Positions 63,399 through 64,000 of a stretch of 64,000 bases of DNA are shown here, in pieces. The DNA comes from an uncultured virus (IMG/VR IMGVR_UViG_3300036846_001501) (lineage: Duplodnaviria > Heunggongvirae > Uroviricota > Caudoviricetes). Under the pieces are notes generated by a model. It saw only the letters and a program-made list of their open reading frames with translations. It made no database searches and was not told where the DNA came from. Both the position numbers and the translations under genes were made by a program. The number at the start of each line of letters is the position of its first letter. The first letter of the stretch is position 1. The stretch lies in the IMG/VR virus record IMGVR_UViG_3300036846_001501; one strand, given 5' to 3'.

Positions 63399-63806
63399 TC
63401 ACGCATCGTCCAGGCAGTACCGCGCGAGCGCGGCAATCTCCAGGGCGTGCGCCAGCCCCTGAAACGTCTTGCACCAGAACAGACCCACGCCCGCGCGGCT
63501 GGCGGGGACTTCGGGTGGCCCGGGACCGACCAGGTCCACGTGGATCCAGTGCCCCTCGGCGCCGGCGACCACGTAGACCGCCAGCCAGCGATGACCCTCG
63601 CGAAGCGTGGACCAGCGCCAGGTGCCGGCCGCCGCGTCTTCCCAGATGCAGAGCGTGAACTCGGCCTCATCGAAGAGGCCCTTGAGTTGTTGGTTCAGGG
63701 CGGCGCAGATGTCGCCCAGTGTCGTGTTATCGTCGACCTTGAGGATCTCCACCTCGACCTGGTAGGTCCAGGCGGAACGGCGAATCTTCGGCGCATTCAT
63801 CGCCAT
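63399..63806 (-). CDS. Hypothetical protein
   Basis: 135 aa; LAVYVVAGAEGHWIHVD motif. Confidence 0.75.
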   Translation of the reverse strand: MAMNAPKIRRSAWTYQVEVEILKVDDNTTLGDICAALNQQLKGLFDEAEFTLCIWEDAAAGTWRWSTLREGHRWLAVYVVAGAEGHWIHVDLVGPGPPEVPASRAGVGLFWCKTFQGLAHALEIAALARYCLDDA

Positions 63807-63844
63807 CGTGGACCTGCTTTCTTTCGCGTTATTGGGCCGGCACG

Positions 63845-64000
63845 ATGTTCACGCAATTGAATCCGCCGCTGCCCATGCATGTCGAGAGCAAGGGCAGCGG
63901 CCTGGCCCTGGCCGTGATCGACTACGGCCCCGAGCACCAGTTGTTATGGGTCATCGCCCTCGATGCCGGGGGCGAGATCTGGTGCGTCCCGAACCCCCAG
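63845..64000 (+). CDS. Conserved hypothetical protein, truncated by window edge
   Basis: MFTQLNPPLP...KG.GLA.AVIDYGPEH.LLWV...D..GEIW..PN; frame open to the edge. Confidence 0.7.
   Translation, partial: MFTQLNPPLPMHVESKGSGLALAVIDYGPEHQLLWVIALDAGGEIWCVPNPQ

Larger units (their letters stand above)
1..64000. mobile_element. Segment of a probable large dsDNA bacteriophage (accessory region plus DNA replication module)
   Basis: Dense co-oriented small ORFs; phage-type replication set (UDG-PolA, primase, DnaB, UvsX-like, Mre11/Rad50); no bacterial housekeeping operons; no virion genes in the window. Confidence 0.85.

Noticed and set aside
1..64000. tRNA/rRNA genes, introns, inteins, integrase/att sites, alternative genetic code
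   Set aside because: None recognised by eye; polymerase, helicase and primase are uninterrupted, and all three stop codons end coupled genes normally. tRNAscan-SE and Infernal were not run

Overview
High-GC (roughly 68-70% by eye), gene-dense segment of what is most likely a large dsDNA bacteriophage genome. Nearly all genes lie on the minus strand and many are translationally coupled. No capsid, terminase, tail, integrase, rRNA, tRNA or CRISPR array is recognisable, so the phage assignment is an inference from gene content. About 1-35 kb holds many small hypothetical genes and accessory enzymes: SPOUT RNA methylase, GHKL ATPase, HNH/HTH-repeat protein, two PAPS-reductase-like proteins, Mom-like acetyltransferase, N4/N6 DNA methylase, DUF6884, TGT/DpdA-like barrel, RuvC, DnaQ, MazG and a PEP-CTERM-like protein. 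About 39-57 kb is a replication/recombination module: RecA/UvsX, putative SSB, dNMP kinase, UDG-fused family A polymerase, primase, DnaB, SF2 helicase and Rad50/Mre11. About 57.7-60.3 kb holds CsrA, two glycosyltransferases and a sulfotransferase. Main observations: (1) inside the replication module, a stand-alone Cas7/Csm3-like RAMP gene sits directly behind an IS110/Nop(Tas)-like gene, with a structured ~110-nt spacer and no CRISPR or TIGR array in view; (2) a degenerate rolling-circle HUH Rep-like gene lies beside direct repeats, a 32-bp palindrome and GAA mini-hairpins; (3) a palindromic AATT-N6-AATT site (consensus AATTACCGGTAATT) recurs at seven gene junctions; (4) several genes suggest a Planctomycetota host. 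All family calls come from reading motifs by eye; no database search was run.
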